Shown: positions 17,556-27,982, counted from the first letter of the stretch. The stretch is 64,000 nucleotides of DNA from Sphingomonadaceae bacterium (GCA_041675905.1 JBAYSX010000014.1:7485-71484); one strand, 5' to 3'. Numbers and translations are program-made. Notes: a model not told the origin generated them from the letters alone.

Positions 17556-19787
17556 TCAACGGCCGGCCGACCGTGCAGGGGGAAGATGGAGACCGCGAAC
17601 GGCGATCATGGTGCGCTGGATTTCATTGGTCCCGCCGCCCACAACCATCATGATCGACCGGCGTAGCAGTTGCTCCACAAGCCCCTCTGCGGGAACTCCC
17701 GGCGAATCTTCGCCCAGCGTCGCGATGGCGCCGAAAATATCTATCGCCGCCTCCGTCAGTCGCTGGGAAAGCTCGCTCGCGTACACCTTGCCCATGGCGG
17801 CTTCCACCATCGGAACATAGGCGCCGCCGCTCAGCATGATCGAACGTAACGCCAGCTGGTGCGCGGCCTGTACCTCCGCCGCCAGACCGGCGATCCGGTC
17901 GCGGACCGCGCGATCGCCGGACAGGCCACGGCCCTTCACTTCGGCAATGATGCGGCGAAGCAGGTCGCGCACCTGGGTCGCGAATGCCGCCATCACCACC
18001 CGCTCCGATGCGAGGGCGTTACCCAGTATCCGCCAGCCGCCGTTCAGCGGCCCCAGCATCATGGATGCCGGCACCCGGACATCGTCGAAGAATATATTGC
18101 AATAGGTATGGCCATACATCGCCATGGTCGGACGGACGGTGATGCCGGGGCTGTTCATCGGCAGCAGGAACAGCGAGATCCCGCCATGCTTGACCTGCGG
18201 GTCCGGGTTGGTGCGGGCGGCGAGAATCATGTGGGTGGCCACATCGCCCTGTGTGGTCCATATCTTCTGGCCATTGATGATAAAATCCGTCCCGTCGGGT
18301 TCGGCGCGCGTGCGCAGACTGGCAAGGTCGGATCCTGCCTCGGGCTCGCTGTAACCCAGACAGACGCTTGCCGTCCCGTCCCTCAATGCGGGCAACAGAT
18401 TTGCCTTCAGTTCCGGTGTGCCATGGGCGATAATTTCTGGCCCGACGATGCGGCTGCCAACGATGAGCGGCCCATCCGGCGCATCGACGCGTAACAATTC
18501 CTCGGTGTAAGCGAGTTGCTCCAGCGGTGTCCGCTCCTGTCCGCCAGCCGCCGCTGGCCAGCTTAGCGTGGTCCAGCCATCGCGCCCGAGCCGGTGGGCG
18601 AACTCCAGATTCCAGTTGCGCTGGTGGAATGGCGTTTCCCGGCTGCGTTTCCGATCCTCGTCGGTCCAGCTGTCCGCAAGCCAGGCGCGGATTTCCCGGC
18701 GGATGCCGGACGCCGGATCGGAACCACCTTCGTCGGCGATCGCGAGCGCATCCCCATCGTGATCCAGAAGCAGTTCTGCAAAATCGGCCCGAAACCGCAT
18801 CGCGCCACCCAGCCGCGTGACATCCGCATGGACACGGCGGAATTGGCGGGCGGCCTCATGCTCCTCTGCAAAGCCGATAGCCCCGAATATATGGTGGGTT
18901 TCAAGCGCGACGCCCCGCAGCGTCTGTCCGCAGAAAACGATGGCGCTTTGCGCCAGCAGCCGCCATGCCGCCGGATTGTCTGTCCGGGCATCGCCGGCCG
19001 CCGCGATCTGGAGCGCCGCGGCGTCAAGCAGGATGATGCTGTTCGCCAGTTTGTGCTGGATGGCCTGAAAACTGCCGATCGGCTGACCGAACTGATGGCG
19101 TGAGCCGGCATATTCGACGGCCATTTCGAAGCCGCGTCTGGCGGCGCCGGCCGCACGTGCAGCCAGGCCCAGACGCGCCGCCAGAACAAGGTCCGGGAGA
19201 CTCCCGGGGCGCAGCACGTGCCGTTCCGCCGGGACGTCATCAGCGACCACATCGAAAAGGGGCGGGCGCGCCAGACCGTCGGTTGGTCGGGCGCGGAGTC
19301 CGGAGGCCGTCGCCGACATGATATGCAACGAACCGTCATCCGCTACGGCGAGCAGCGCGTCCGCCACGCCCATGTCCTCGACGAACCGCATCGTTCCGCG
19401 AACCACCCCATCCTCGCAGACGATATGACCGGCATCTCCATCGCCGCCGCTCTCGCCGAAATGGAATGCAAGGGGCATTCCGGATGATGCGGGAGAATCC
19501 GGACCCAGAGCCAGGTTGGCGAGCGCTGCGGCCAGGAACGGCGCCGGGCAGGATGCCCGGCCAAGTTCCTCCATGACGATCAGGATATCCGGAAGGCTGT
19601 CCGTTGCCGGATCCTGCCCCAGCACGGTCAACCCCTGATGGTGCAGCCGGTTCCAGATCGCGCGAATTTCCCCGGCGTCATTCCCGCCTTTCCATTCGGT
19701 ACCCAGCAGCCGCCGCACCGTATCCCGGAGCATCGTGCGATATTCCGTCAACTCATTTGGAGCACCGAAGCTCGTCGTTTGTTGCAT
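17556..19787 (-). CDS. Fused two-domain acyl-CoA dehydrogenase
   Basis: N-half: degenerate ACAD (QFGQPIGSFQAIQHKLA, HHIFGAIGF). C-half: complete ACAD (GYSEPEAGSDLASLRT, INGQKIWTT, GGGTNEIQR with catalytic Glu). ATG 19787 overlaps the MFS stop. Confidence 0.88.
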   Translation of the reverse strand: MQQTTSFGAPNELTEYRTMLRDTVRRLLGTEWKGGNDAGEIRAIWNRLHHQGLTVLGQDPATDSLPDILIVMEELGRASCPAPFLAAALANLALGPDSPASSGMPLAFHFGESGGDGDAGHIVCEDGVVRGTMRFVEDMGVADALLAVADDGSLHIMSATASGLRARPTDGLARPPLFDVVADDVPAERHVLRPGSLPDLVLAARLGLAARAAGAARRGFEMAVEYAGSRHQFGQPIGSFQAIQHKLANSIILLDAAALQIAAAGDARTDNPAAWRLLAQSAIVFCGQTLRGVALETHHIFGAIGFAEEHEAARQFRRVHADVTRLGGAMRFRADFAELLLDHDGDALAIADEGGSDPASGIRREIRAWLADSWTDEDRKRSRETPFHQRNWNLEFAHRLGRDGWTTLSWPAAAGGQERTPLEQLAYTEELLRVDAPDGPLIVGSRIVGPEIIAHGTPELKANLLPALRDGTASVCLGYSEPEAGSDLASLRTRAEPDGTDFIINGQKIWTTQGDVATHMILAARTNPDPQVKHGGISLFLLPMNSPGITVRPTMAMYGHTYCNIFFDDVRVPASMMLGPLNGGWRILGNALASERVVMAAFATQVRDLLRRIIAEVKGRGLSGDRAVRDRIAGLAAEVQAAHQLALRSIMLSGGAYVPMVEAAMGKVYASELSQRLTEAAIDIFGAIATLGEDSPGVPAEGLVEQLLRRSIMMVVGGGTNEIQRTMIAVRGLHLPPARSAGR

Positions 19788-21049
19788 CAATTCCTCCTGG
19801 AATGCGTTTTTGGCGGCATTGTCCGCACATGTCCGCGGCGCGGCAGAAGCAGGAAACCCGCCAGTGCTATGAAAAACATTATGACGTGGAGCAGAAGTGC
19901 CGCGCGATAGCTTCCCGTCAGATCGTGCAGAATGCCGGCAAGGGGCGGCGCACCAAATATGAAGAGCAGTTTCGGCAGATAACTGGCTCCGAATACCGCG
20001 GCAACATTTGCGCGACCGAATATTTCGCCAATAGCCGCCGCATGCAGCGCGAGAATGCCGGTGCCCCCCATGCCGATCACGATAGCGAGAGCCAGAAGCG
20101 CACCAAATCCAAAGGGGAATATCAGCAACACCCAGGCAATTGCCTGCACAAGTGCGGCGATTACCAGCGCGACGCTGGAGCCCAGGCGGTCAGCCAGCCA
20201 GCCAAATAGCAGGGCGCCGGCAAGACCCGCGCCCGCGTAAGCCGACAATAGCCAGGATGCCGTCATGACCGGGATCTCGCGGTCTCCCGCCAGCGGCACC
20301 AGATGGGCGGTTATCATCGTCCCCCCGCCCGCGATAATTCCGACGCCGATGCTCAGCCGCCAGAAGTCTGGCTGCGCGAGAATCTGACGCGTCGACAGCA
20401 GGGTTTCCGGAATATTCCCCGCGCTATCCGTGCGTCCGTCGTCCTTCGGTCGATCGATTACACGACTGGTCGCCACCATGCACAGGAAGAACAGACAGGC
20501 GATCACCACGAAAAGCGTATCCATGCCGTAGCGTGTGAGTATCAGGGCCGAAACAGGTGGCATTATGCACAGCAGGATCGGCATATTGACCAGGCCCAGA
20601 GCCTTGCCACGGCCTTCATCAACCCATTGGCTGACGTGTGTAGAGGCCGGCAAAACACCCAGCATGCACGCCGCCGGCCCCAGAACCACCCCGTAGACCA
20701 GAAGAACGGAACCGATGTCGTTAGCAAAAATCAGCAACGCATAACCGAGTGCGCTCAGTGCGGCCCCGGCCATCATGATCGCGCGCACCGGTACCCGGGT
20801 CAGCAGCCGTCCGATACCCGGAGATGCAAGTGACATGGTCAGTACGAACAGGCCCGCCGCCAATGATGCCTGGCCGCGGCTTGCGCCGAACTCCGACTGG
20901 AAGGCCGGGAGCAATGGCCCAATGCTGCCGAAAGTGAGGCCCAGCGCGCAATTTTGGGCTATTGCGGCAAGAATGACGGCCCGACGACGCAGCGCCGCAA
21001 GCGCCGCACCGCCGGTTTCAACCGGAACCGTCTTGCTCAGCGCCGCCAT
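19787..21049 (-). CDS. MFS transporter
   Basis: About 12 hydrophobic segments; motif-A-like GRLLTRVPVR and GWLADRLGS. Confidence 0.85.
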   Translation of the reverse strand: MAALSKTVPVETGGAALAALRRRAVILAAIAQNCALGLTFGSIGPLLPAFQSEFGASRGQASLAAGLFVLTMSLASPGIGRLLTRVPVRAIMMAGAALSALGYALLIFANDIGSVLLVYGVVLGPAACMLGVLPASTHVSQWVDEGRGKALGLVNMPILLCIMPPVSALILTRYGMDTLFVVIACLFFLCMVATSRVIDRPKDDGRTDSAGNIPETLLSTRQILAQPDFWRLSIGVGIIAGGGTMITAHLVPLAGDREIPVMTASWLLSAYAGAGLAGALLFGWLADRLGSSVALVIAALVQAIAWVLLIFPFGFGALLALAIVIGMGGTGILALHAAAIGEIFGRANVAAVFGASYLPKLLFIFGAPPLAGILHDLTGSYRAALLLHVIMFFIALAGFLLLPRRGHVRTMPPKTHSRRN

Positions 21050-22548
21050 TGCGATCGACCGTCGGCAAGCGCCACGGCATGGCCAGCCATTCCGACAGGC
21101 TCCGCTTCGCCAGACGTGAGCAGCGCCAGTGTCGCGGTGTCTTCAGGGAGAACGGTCGCAAGAAACCTTTCGCCACTGGGCGTCCGGGCGACGATCGTGG
21201 CAAATGCCGGCTTTCCGGCGCGACCGTAAGGAGCGATGAAGGTCTCGATGATGCCTGGCCCTTCATACTGATCCAGCAGATCAGGAACAGGCTTGCGCAA
21301 ACCGTCGGCTACCGCCTGTACGTTATACTCCTGGGGGTGGCGCGGCTCGTGCGGAGGCACGCGACCAAGAACCAGACTGTGATTGTGGGAAGCGTAGCCG
21401 CCGTTGGATACGATCAGGCCGTGGCGCCCCCCAATCCGGAGCTTTTCCACCATGGCCGCCGCCGCATGCATCATGCAGTTGCCAATCGGCCCGCCGCCGA
21501 ATGTCAGTCCGCCATAGACGCTGTGTGCGCGCTCCAGCGGCCAGCCCAGCACGCGACGCGCCATTTTCGGCACGCAGGGAAAGCAGCTGTAGAGTTCGAC
21601 ATGGTCGAGATCGCCAACTGTGAGTCCGTTATATTCGAGAGCCTTTTCGATGCTGGCGGTCAGGCTGGCCGAATGGTCGTAGCTGTCGCGGCGCAGGAAA
21701 TCCTCATCTTCATGCGCGCCCGCACCCGCACCGACGTAAACCAGCCTGTCTTCAGGAATGCCGAGTTCCCGCGCCCTGGCGAGGCTGGCGACGATGACAG
21801 CTGCACCCATATTCACGCTGTTATTCGCCACCATCAATTTGGTGTATGGATAGCTCAGCATCCGGTTGTCCGGAGAAGGTGTGGCAATTGCTTCGGGAGC
21901 AAGTTCCGTGCGCAGCCAGGCATGCGGATTTTCCGCCGCCACGCGGGAAAAGCCTGACCAGATTTCTGCGGTTTCCGCCTGCGCCTCTGCGCGGCTCTGA
22001 CCCCAGCTGGCCCGGGTTGCATTCTCGTACAGGGGATAGACATCAATAGGTGTCAGTAGCCCGTAGCGCCGCGCGATCGGCCCTGCCAGAGATTCCGCCA
22101 GGTCCGCCAGCTTGTTGACCTTGGCCCCGCTGTCCGCGTTCGCCGCTTCGGCCTGAGCCCGCTTGTTGGCAGTGCGCATGGCCTCGGCGCCCACTGCCGC
22201 CGCTATGGAAATTCTGCCCTCGCCGATCAGATTGGCTGCATCGTTGATCAGCCGTGTCGGACCGTCGCCACTGGCGTCGGCGGTTTTCACGACATTTGCG
22301 GGACGACGCGGCAGCGAAGCCGCCAGCCGCTCGTGCAGCGAGGGTTCAGGGAACGAGATTTGATCCTCGACGCCCAGCCAGTCCAGTTGGCCCAGAATAG
22401 AGGCTCCGCAGTCCGCTTGCGCTGCTTCCAGGGCGGCCTGCATCAGACCAAAGGAGTCGAGTCCGTCGCGCACCGCGTCGGCCGGGCGATCATTGACCTG
22501 CCCGACGCCGATAATCACCGCGATACGTTCTGCTGCCTGGTTCGTCAT
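21037..22548 (-). CDS. Thiolase-like protein (acetyl-CoA acetyltransferase-like) with C-terminal extra domain
   Basis: VIIGVGQ, YTKLMVANNSVNMGAAVIV, ELYSCFP, VYGGLTFGGGP; ~90-aa C-terminal extension (IETFIAPY...FATIVARTPSGERFLA). Confidence 0.78.
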   Translation of the reverse strand: MTNQAAERIAVIIGVGQVNDRPADAVRDGLDSFGLMQAALEAAQADCGASILGQLDWLGVEDQISFPEPSLHERLAASLPRRPANVVKTADASGDGPTRLINDAANLIGEGRISIAAAVGAEAMRTANKRAQAEAANADSGAKVNKLADLAESLAGPIARRYGLLTPIDVYPLYENATRASWGQSRAEAQAETAEIWSGFSRVAAENPHAWLRTELAPEAIATPSPDNRMLSYPYTKLMVANNSVNMGAAVIVASLARARELGIPEDRLVYVGAGAGAHEDEDFLRRDSYDHSASLTASIEKALEYNGLTVGDLDHVELYSCFPCVPKMARRVLGWPLERAHSVYGGLTFGGGPIGNCMMHAAAAMVEKLRIGGRHGLIVSNGGYASHNHSLVLGRVPPHEPRHPQEYNVQAVADGLRKPVPDLLDQYEGPGIIETFIAPYGRAGKPAFATIVARTPSGERFLATVLPEDTATLALLTSGEAEPVGMAGHAVALADGRSQWRR

Positions 22549-22550
22549 GA

Positions 22551-23345
22551 TTACGTCCTCCACACCGGCGCGCGCTTCTCGGAAAAGGCAGTCGCCCCTT
22601 CGATCAGGTCGGGCGCGGCGAGCACCCGTTCCACCGCCGCATCCTGAATCTGGCGGAGCCGGGCTTCTTCGTCCCCGCCGGAAGCCGCACGGGTAATTAT
22701 CAGGGATTCGCGTACCGCAAGCGGCGAATTGGCAGCAATGGCGTTGGCCAGCGCCAGGGCTTCATCCATCACCCGATCGGTCGGGACGATCCGGTTGACG
22801 AGGCCGAGGTCGAACGCCCGCTGCGCCGGAAGCGCAACCCCGGTGGCGACCACCTCCAGCGCAATCGCCCGCGGAACGGCTCGCGCGATGCGGAATGCCC
22901 CGCCCGCGCCCGCGATCAGGCCCCGGCGCGCTTCGGGCAGCCCGAACGACGCTTCCTCGCCGGCGACGACCATATCGCAGGCAAGCGCAATTTCCGTGCC
23001 GCCACCAAGGGCAGCGCCCTGTACCGCCGCGATCCACGGCTTGACCTTGCGTCCCCAGACGAATCCCGCGAAGCCGGTTTCGGGTCGCGACAGGGCCAGA
23101 CCTCTGCCCGCCGCCACTTCCTTGAGGTCAGCACCGGCACAGAAGGATTTTCCCCGCGCCGCGACGATCGCGACCCTGATCGCCGGGTCGGCCTCGATTT
23201 CGGCTGCATAAGTCTCAATGGCTTCCGCCATCGCCACGCTGATCGCATTGTGCGCCGTCGGGCGATTCAGCCGAATAACGGCGACATGCTCCCCCATCCG
23301 TTCCAGCACAACCTGCGGCTCTGTCGCTCCATTTGGATTATTCAT
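22551..23345 (-). CDS. Enoyl-CoA hydratase/isomerase (crotonase)
   Basis: FCAGADLKE, GAALGGGTEIALACD, FGLPEARRGLIAGAGG; both catalytic Glu present. Confidence 0.92.
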   Translation of the reverse strand: MNNPNGATEPQVVLERMGEHVAVIRLNRPTAHNAISVAMAEAIETYAAEIEADPAIRVAIVAARGKSFCAGADLKEVAAGRGLALSRPETGFAGFVWGRKVKPWIAAVQGAALGGGTEIALACDMVVAGEEASFGLPEARRGLIAGAGGAFRIARAVPRAIALEVVATGVALPAQRAFDLGLVNRIVPTDRVMDEALALANAIAANSPLAVRESLIITRAASGGDEEARLRQIQDAAVERVLAAPDLIEGATAFSEKRAPVWRT

Positions 23346-25479
23346 GTTCGTTCTCCGTGTTCCAGATCACCAGGCCGTCCAGGGCCTCGATATGCTCGCC
23401 CGAAACGAGCAATGGATTGACTTCCAACGAGGCCAGCGACGGGCCGAGAGCCAGCGCCGCATCGCCAATCGCGACAATAGCATCAGCCAGCCTGTCGAGA
23501 TCGGCCGGGGGAGCGCCACGAAAGCCTTGCAGCAACTTTGCGCCGCGCAACCGGTCCAGCATGTCGCGGACATTCTCGCGCGTGACGGGCAGCGGCATGA
23601 CGACCGCGTCATCCAGAACCTCGACAAGCACACCGCCCAGTCCGACGGTGATGGTTGGCCCCCAGGACGGATCACGAGCGACACCGGCGATGAGTTCGAC
23701 GCCACCGCTGCGCATCGGCGACAGGATGACGCCGTCGATCGCGGCGTCCGGGCGCGCTGCCGAGACGCTGGCCACGATGGCGTCCCAGGCGTCCCCCGCC
23801 TGTTCCGGCGCAATACCGAGCTTCACGCCCCCCACTTCGGTTTTATGGGCGATATCCGGCGATGCGATTTTCAGCGCCAGCGGACCGTCGAAAGCCGCCG
23901 CCATGGTCATCGCTTCGGCACGGGTGCGGGCGATTTGCGCCGGAATGACCGGAACGCCGGCTTCCGCCAGATAGTCGAGCACCGCACGCTCGGTGGAAAG
24001 GTCACGATCAATCAGGACCTGAGGCTGATCCGCCAGCAGCGGCTGCGCCGGCCGGCTGATCGCGCGGGACCACCACATCGCGCGCTCCACGGCCCGAAGC
24101 GTCGGGGCGATGCCGGTTATCACATGCGGCAGACCGTTGGCCGCAATGGCCTCGCGTGAAATATCATTCAGCGCCTTGACGCAGGTCGCGACCATGATCG
24201 CCGGCTTGCCGGTTTTCGGGATTGCACGGCCGATGGCCTCCAGCGCCGCGGGCAATCCCTGGTTCTCCATCGTCGGCACGGTCATGCTCACCGCGACCAG
24301 GCCAACACCTTCCGAACCGGCGACGACGGGGATGATGCGTTCGAAAAGATCGGGATCGCGAATCGCCGCCCCGGTGACATCCAGGGGGTTCAGGCCGGAT
24401 GCAAAATCCGGCAGCACCTTTGCCAGCGCCGCATGGGTCGCGTCGTCATAGGGAGGTAAATCGATCCCCAGCGCGTCGGCCCCGTCCGCTACCAGCGTGC
24501 AGGCCCCGCCGGAAATGGAGATGAAGGCGAGTCCCGGATCAGTCAGCGGCCCCGTCGCCGCCAGCAATCCGGCGACGTTGACGAGATCTTCGGTGGACTG
24601 GACGCGGATAATGCCCAGCCGTTCACAGATCGCGCTGAATACCTTGTCGTCGCCGATCAGCGAGCCGGTGTGCGCCAGCGCGACCGCCGTTGCCAATTCG
24701 CTCTGGCCAATTTTCAGCATAACGATCGGCTTGCACTTGTCCCGCGCGCGGCCGGCCGCCGCGATGAAGGCTTCGGGGTCGGGGATGCTTTCCGCAAATA
24801 CTGCTATGGTTTTGGTGGCCTCATGGTCCACCAGATAATCGATTACATCCGAAATGGTGATGTCGCCCTGATTGCCCATCGCCGCGATAAAGCTCGTGCC
24901 GATGTTCTGACTATGGGCGAATTCGTTCAGTTCGGCGGCAGTGGCCCCGCTCTGGGAGACGATGGCGATGGCGGGCGGGAGAATGGGATGCACCGCCGGA
25001 ATGGCCGAAACGGGCGTTCGCGCGCCGACATTGTTGAAGCCGAGCGTATTCGGCCCCCACACCATGACGCCCAATTCATGCGCCCGGTCCAGCAACTGCT
25101 TTTGCAGGGCGGCGCCCTCCGCGCCGAGTTCCGCATAGCCCGACGAGAGAATCACGGCATTTTCAATGCCCGCCGCCGCCGCATCCTCCAGCGCTTCCAG
25201 CACGAACGCCTGCGGCACCAGCAGGAAAGCCACGTCGACGGCACCGGATATGTCGCGGCAGCTTGCATATCCCTTGACGCCATGCACATCGACGCCCTGA
25301 CGGTTGACGGCGAAAAGGTCCCCCGGATAGCCGAATTCGCGATAGGCGCGGATGATGATGGATGACCAGACCGACTTTTCCGACGCGCCGACCAGCGCGA
25401 TCGATCGCGGTTCGAACATGGTCGCCAGGCGGTGTGCGGATCGCGCCGGCGGGGTGGCGGCAAGGGATGCTGTTGTCAT
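23338..25479 (-). CDS. ADP-forming acyl-CoA synthetase (acetate-CoA ligase family, fused alpha-beta)
   Basis: FEPRSIALVGASEK, VSQSGA, ALAHTGSL (phospho-His), LKIASPDIAHKTEVGGVKL, LEVNPL. Confidence 0.88.
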   Translation of the reverse strand: MTTASLAATPPARSAHRLATMFEPRSIALVGASEKSVWSSIIIRAYREFGYPGDLFAVNRQGVDVHGVKGYASCRDISGAVDVAFLLVPQAFVLEALEDAAAAGIENAVILSSGYAELGAEGAALQKQLLDRAHELGVMVWGPNTLGFNNVGARTPVSAIPAVHPILPPAIAIVSQSGATAAELNEFAHSQNIGTSFIAAMGNQGDITISDVIDYLVDHEATKTIAVFAESIPDPEAFIAAAGRARDKCKPIVMLKIGQSELATAVALAHTGSLIGDDKVFSAICERLGIIRVQSTEDLVNVAGLLAATGPLTDPGLAFISISGGACTLVADGADALGIDLPPYDDATHAALAKVLPDFASGLNPLDVTGAAIRDPDLFERIIPVVAGSEGVGLVAVSMTVPTMENQGLPAALEAIGRAIPKTGKPAIMVATCVKALNDISREAIAANGLPHVITGIAPTLRAVERAMWWSRAISRPAQPLLADQPQVLIDRDLSTERAVLDYLAEAGVPVIPAQIARTRAEAMTMAAAFDGPLALKIASPDIAHKTEVGGVKLGIAPEQAGDAWDAIVASVSAARPDAAIDGVILSPMRSGGVELIAGVARDPSWGPTITVGLGGVLVEVLDDAVVMPLPVTRENVRDMLDRLRGAKLLQGFRGAPPADLDRLADAIVAIGDAALALGPSLASLEVNPLLVSGEHIEALDGLVIWNTENEHE

Positions 25480-25546
25480 GGCAATCTCATCTGATGTTTT
25501 GGATCGATACAGGCCCGGCGACCGCGCCGCCGGGCCGTCGGCGCAC

Positions 25547-27982
25547 TCAGTAGCGCCAGGTCAGTTGCAGCTGCACCGTCCGCGGCATGGAGATATAACC
25601 GATCTGGTCGGCGGGCGTGCCGGAAGGCGTACCCGTCCCACTGCCCGTGCCCGGCCCGTCCACCACACCGTTCGCGATGAAGCGGTTGGTCAGGTTTTTG
25701 CCCAGCAGCGCGAGTTCCCAGTTGCGTTCGCTGGCCATCAGGCGCACCGACGCATCGATGCTGATATAGGACGGCTGCTCCGAAAACGGATTGTTGAAGC
25801 CGGATGGCAGATAGCTGTCGCTGTACCGGCCATCGACCGAAAGACCGAGACTGAAGCTGTCGTTCAGCGGCGTGTCGTAACTGCCGCCCAGCGACGCTGT
25901 CCAGCGCGGTGCGACCGCTGTCGGCGCGCCGCTGATGTCCTGGAACCGACCGCCATTGGCGCTGACAATCGTACAGCCCTGACCGGTGGTCTGGCCGGAA
26001 TAGCAGGGCGCGATGAATTCGATGTAGCGTGCCTTGTTATAGTTGAGCGATCCGCGGAGATTCAGCCCGTCGACTGCGCGCGGCGCATATTCCAGTTGCA
26101 GCTCCGCGCCACGGGTGCGGGCCGACCCGGCGTTGGTAGTGACATAGGAAAAGGTTGCGGCGTTGAAGAAATCCACCTGTAAATCGGTGTATTTATACGT
26201 ATATACGCCCAGATCGATAGCAAGCTGGTTGTCGAACACCCGGGTCTTGATACCGCCTTCGAAGCCCGACGCCTTCTCTGGTCCGAACGCGACATCGTCG
26301 ACGGTCGTGGCACGGGCATAGGTGGTGCTGTTGGAAAAGCCTCCGGATTTATACGCCGTCTTGTACGCGCCATAGACGGTGATATTGTCCAGGGGCTTCC
26401 AGGTGATCGTCGCCTCGGGTGACCAGTTCGAGAAATTCTGGTCGGCGGCGAGCTTTTCACCGGGGATGAACACCGCAGCCAGCGCCGGGGCAACATAAGG
26501 CTGGGTGAAATAGCTGTCCTTCGTCTCGTGGATGTAGCGGACGCCGCTGGCCAACTCCACGGTGGGCAGCAGTTTCCAGACGAGTTGTCCGTAAACGGAC
26601 GCTGTCTCGCCCGACGTCTCCGAATTTTTATGGAAGGCGACATGGCGCATGCCCGCCGGCGCGGCGCTGTTTTCCGCCCCACCTGTAGCAACCCATTGAT
26701 CGAACACGCGTTTGGTATTTTGATAATAGCCCCCGACCAGCAGATTGACCGGGCTGTCGAACGTGGTCAGCACGCGCATCTCGGACGAGAAGGCGCGGTA
26801 CTTCGTATTTTCGGTTGCGAAGGTTCCGGCGCCCGAGGTCGTCGATTGATAATCGCCATCGAATGTAAAGCGATTGCGGTTGTGGTTATAGTTGGTAACA
26901 GACGTAATGGTAAAATCATCTGTACTGTACTCGAGGGTTCCCGTAACACCCCAGCTATTATATTTATTATATAGCCGTCCGTCTTTCCTGGCGTAGGGAA
27001 TATCGTTCAGGGTTGCAGGCATGTCGTTTTGATAAAAGGCAAACTTCCGGCCGCACGGCGCATTGGCGTTGACACTGCTGACCCCGGATGCGCAACGATA
27101 GGGGACGGCGTTCCAGCCGGGATTATTGGTGGTGTTCCGGCCGAAGGAAGCTTTCAGGGTGGCGGTGAGACTATCGACCGGTTCCCATTTCAGCGTGCCG
27201 CGCACCAGGAAGTCGCGCTCGTCCGGCACGTCGCGCTCGCCGGCGGGGGAGATATGCGTGGTCGCCGCGCCACCGTTCGCTGCATCGCGGGTGATATAGA
27301 TCGTATCGGAGGCCTCGTTGTGGAACAGGCTGCCGAACATCTTGCTGCCACGCGCCGCCACCCGGAAGCCGAGCGTTTCGGTAACAGGGCCGGAGATATG
27401 CGCCTCGCCCAATATCTGTTGCGCGTTGAATTCATAACCGGCGCGCGCCATCACCTCCAGCTCATCCGTGGGGTCGTTGGTGGTAATGGAAATCACCCCC
27501 GCCGTCGCGTTTTTTCCGAAGAACAGCGCCTGCGGACCCTTTAGTATCTCGACGCGCTCGAGATCGAAGAAACCCTCGTTGATGATGCGGCCCTGGCCAT
27601 AATAGACGCCGTCCACGACCACCGCGACCGATTGTTCGATCCCGATGGACGACGACGACGAGCCGATCCCGCGCAAGGTCAGACGCGCGGCGCTGCCGGC
27701 GGCCGAGCGCGACACCTGAAATTGCGGTGTCATTGCCGAAATTTTTTCGATGCTGGTAAGATCCATCCGGTCAACCCGCTCGCCCGACATGGCGAAGATC
27801 GAGACCGGAATGTCCTGCACGCTTTCAGCCCGCTTGCGGGCCGTAACGACGATGTCCTGAAGGCCTCCCGCCTCCGCGCCACCCTCGACTGCACCCTGGG
27901 CGGCCGCAACTCCAGGCAATGCCAGAATTGCAGTTACGACACCTGCTTGCAACAGGCGCGCGCGGCTGAAACTTACCTTCAT
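25547..27982 (-). CDS. TonB-dependent receptor (intact)
   Basis: ATG 27982 with GGAGG RBS; signal peptide; DIVVTARKRAESVQDIP, ILKGPQALFFGKNATAG; C-terminal PRTVQLQLTWRY. Confidence 0.92.
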   Translation of the reverse strand: MKVSFSRARLLQAGVVTAILALPGVAAAQGAVEGGAEAGGLQDIVVTARKRAESVQDIPVSIFAMSGERVDRMDLTSIEKISAMTPQFQVSRSAAGSAARLTLRGIGSSSSSIGIEQSVAVVVDGVYYGQGRIINEGFFDLERVEILKGPQALFFGKNATAGVISITTNDPTDELEVMARAGYEFNAQQILGEAHISGPVTETLGFRVAARGSKMFGSLFHNEASDTIYITRDAANGGAATTHISPAGERDVPDERDFLVRGTLKWEPVDSLTATLKASFGRNTTNNPGWNAVPYRCASGVSSVNANAPCGRKFAFYQNDMPATLNDIPYARKDGRLYNKYNSWGVTGTLEYSTDDFTITSVTNYNHNRNRFTFDGDYQSTTSGAGTFATENTKYRAFSSEMRVLTTFDSPVNLLVGGYYQNTKRVFDQWVATGGAENSAAPAGMRHVAFHKNSETSGETASVYGQLVWKLLPTVELASGVRYIHETKDSYFTQPYVAPALAAVFIPGEKLAADQNFSNWSPEATITWKPLDNITVYGAYKTAYKSGGFSNSTTYARATTVDDVAFGPEKASGFEGGIKTRVFDNQLAIDLGVYTYKYTDLQVDFFNAATFSYVTTNAGSARTRGAELQLEYAPRAVDGLNLRGSLNYNKARYIEFIAPCYSGQTTGQGCTIVSANGGRFQDISGAPTAVAPRWTASLGGSYDTPLNDSFSLGLSVDGRYSDSYLPSGFNNPFSEQPSYISIDASVRLMASERNWELALLGKNLTNRFIANGVVDGPGTGSGTGTPSGTPADQIGYISMPRTVQLQLTWRY

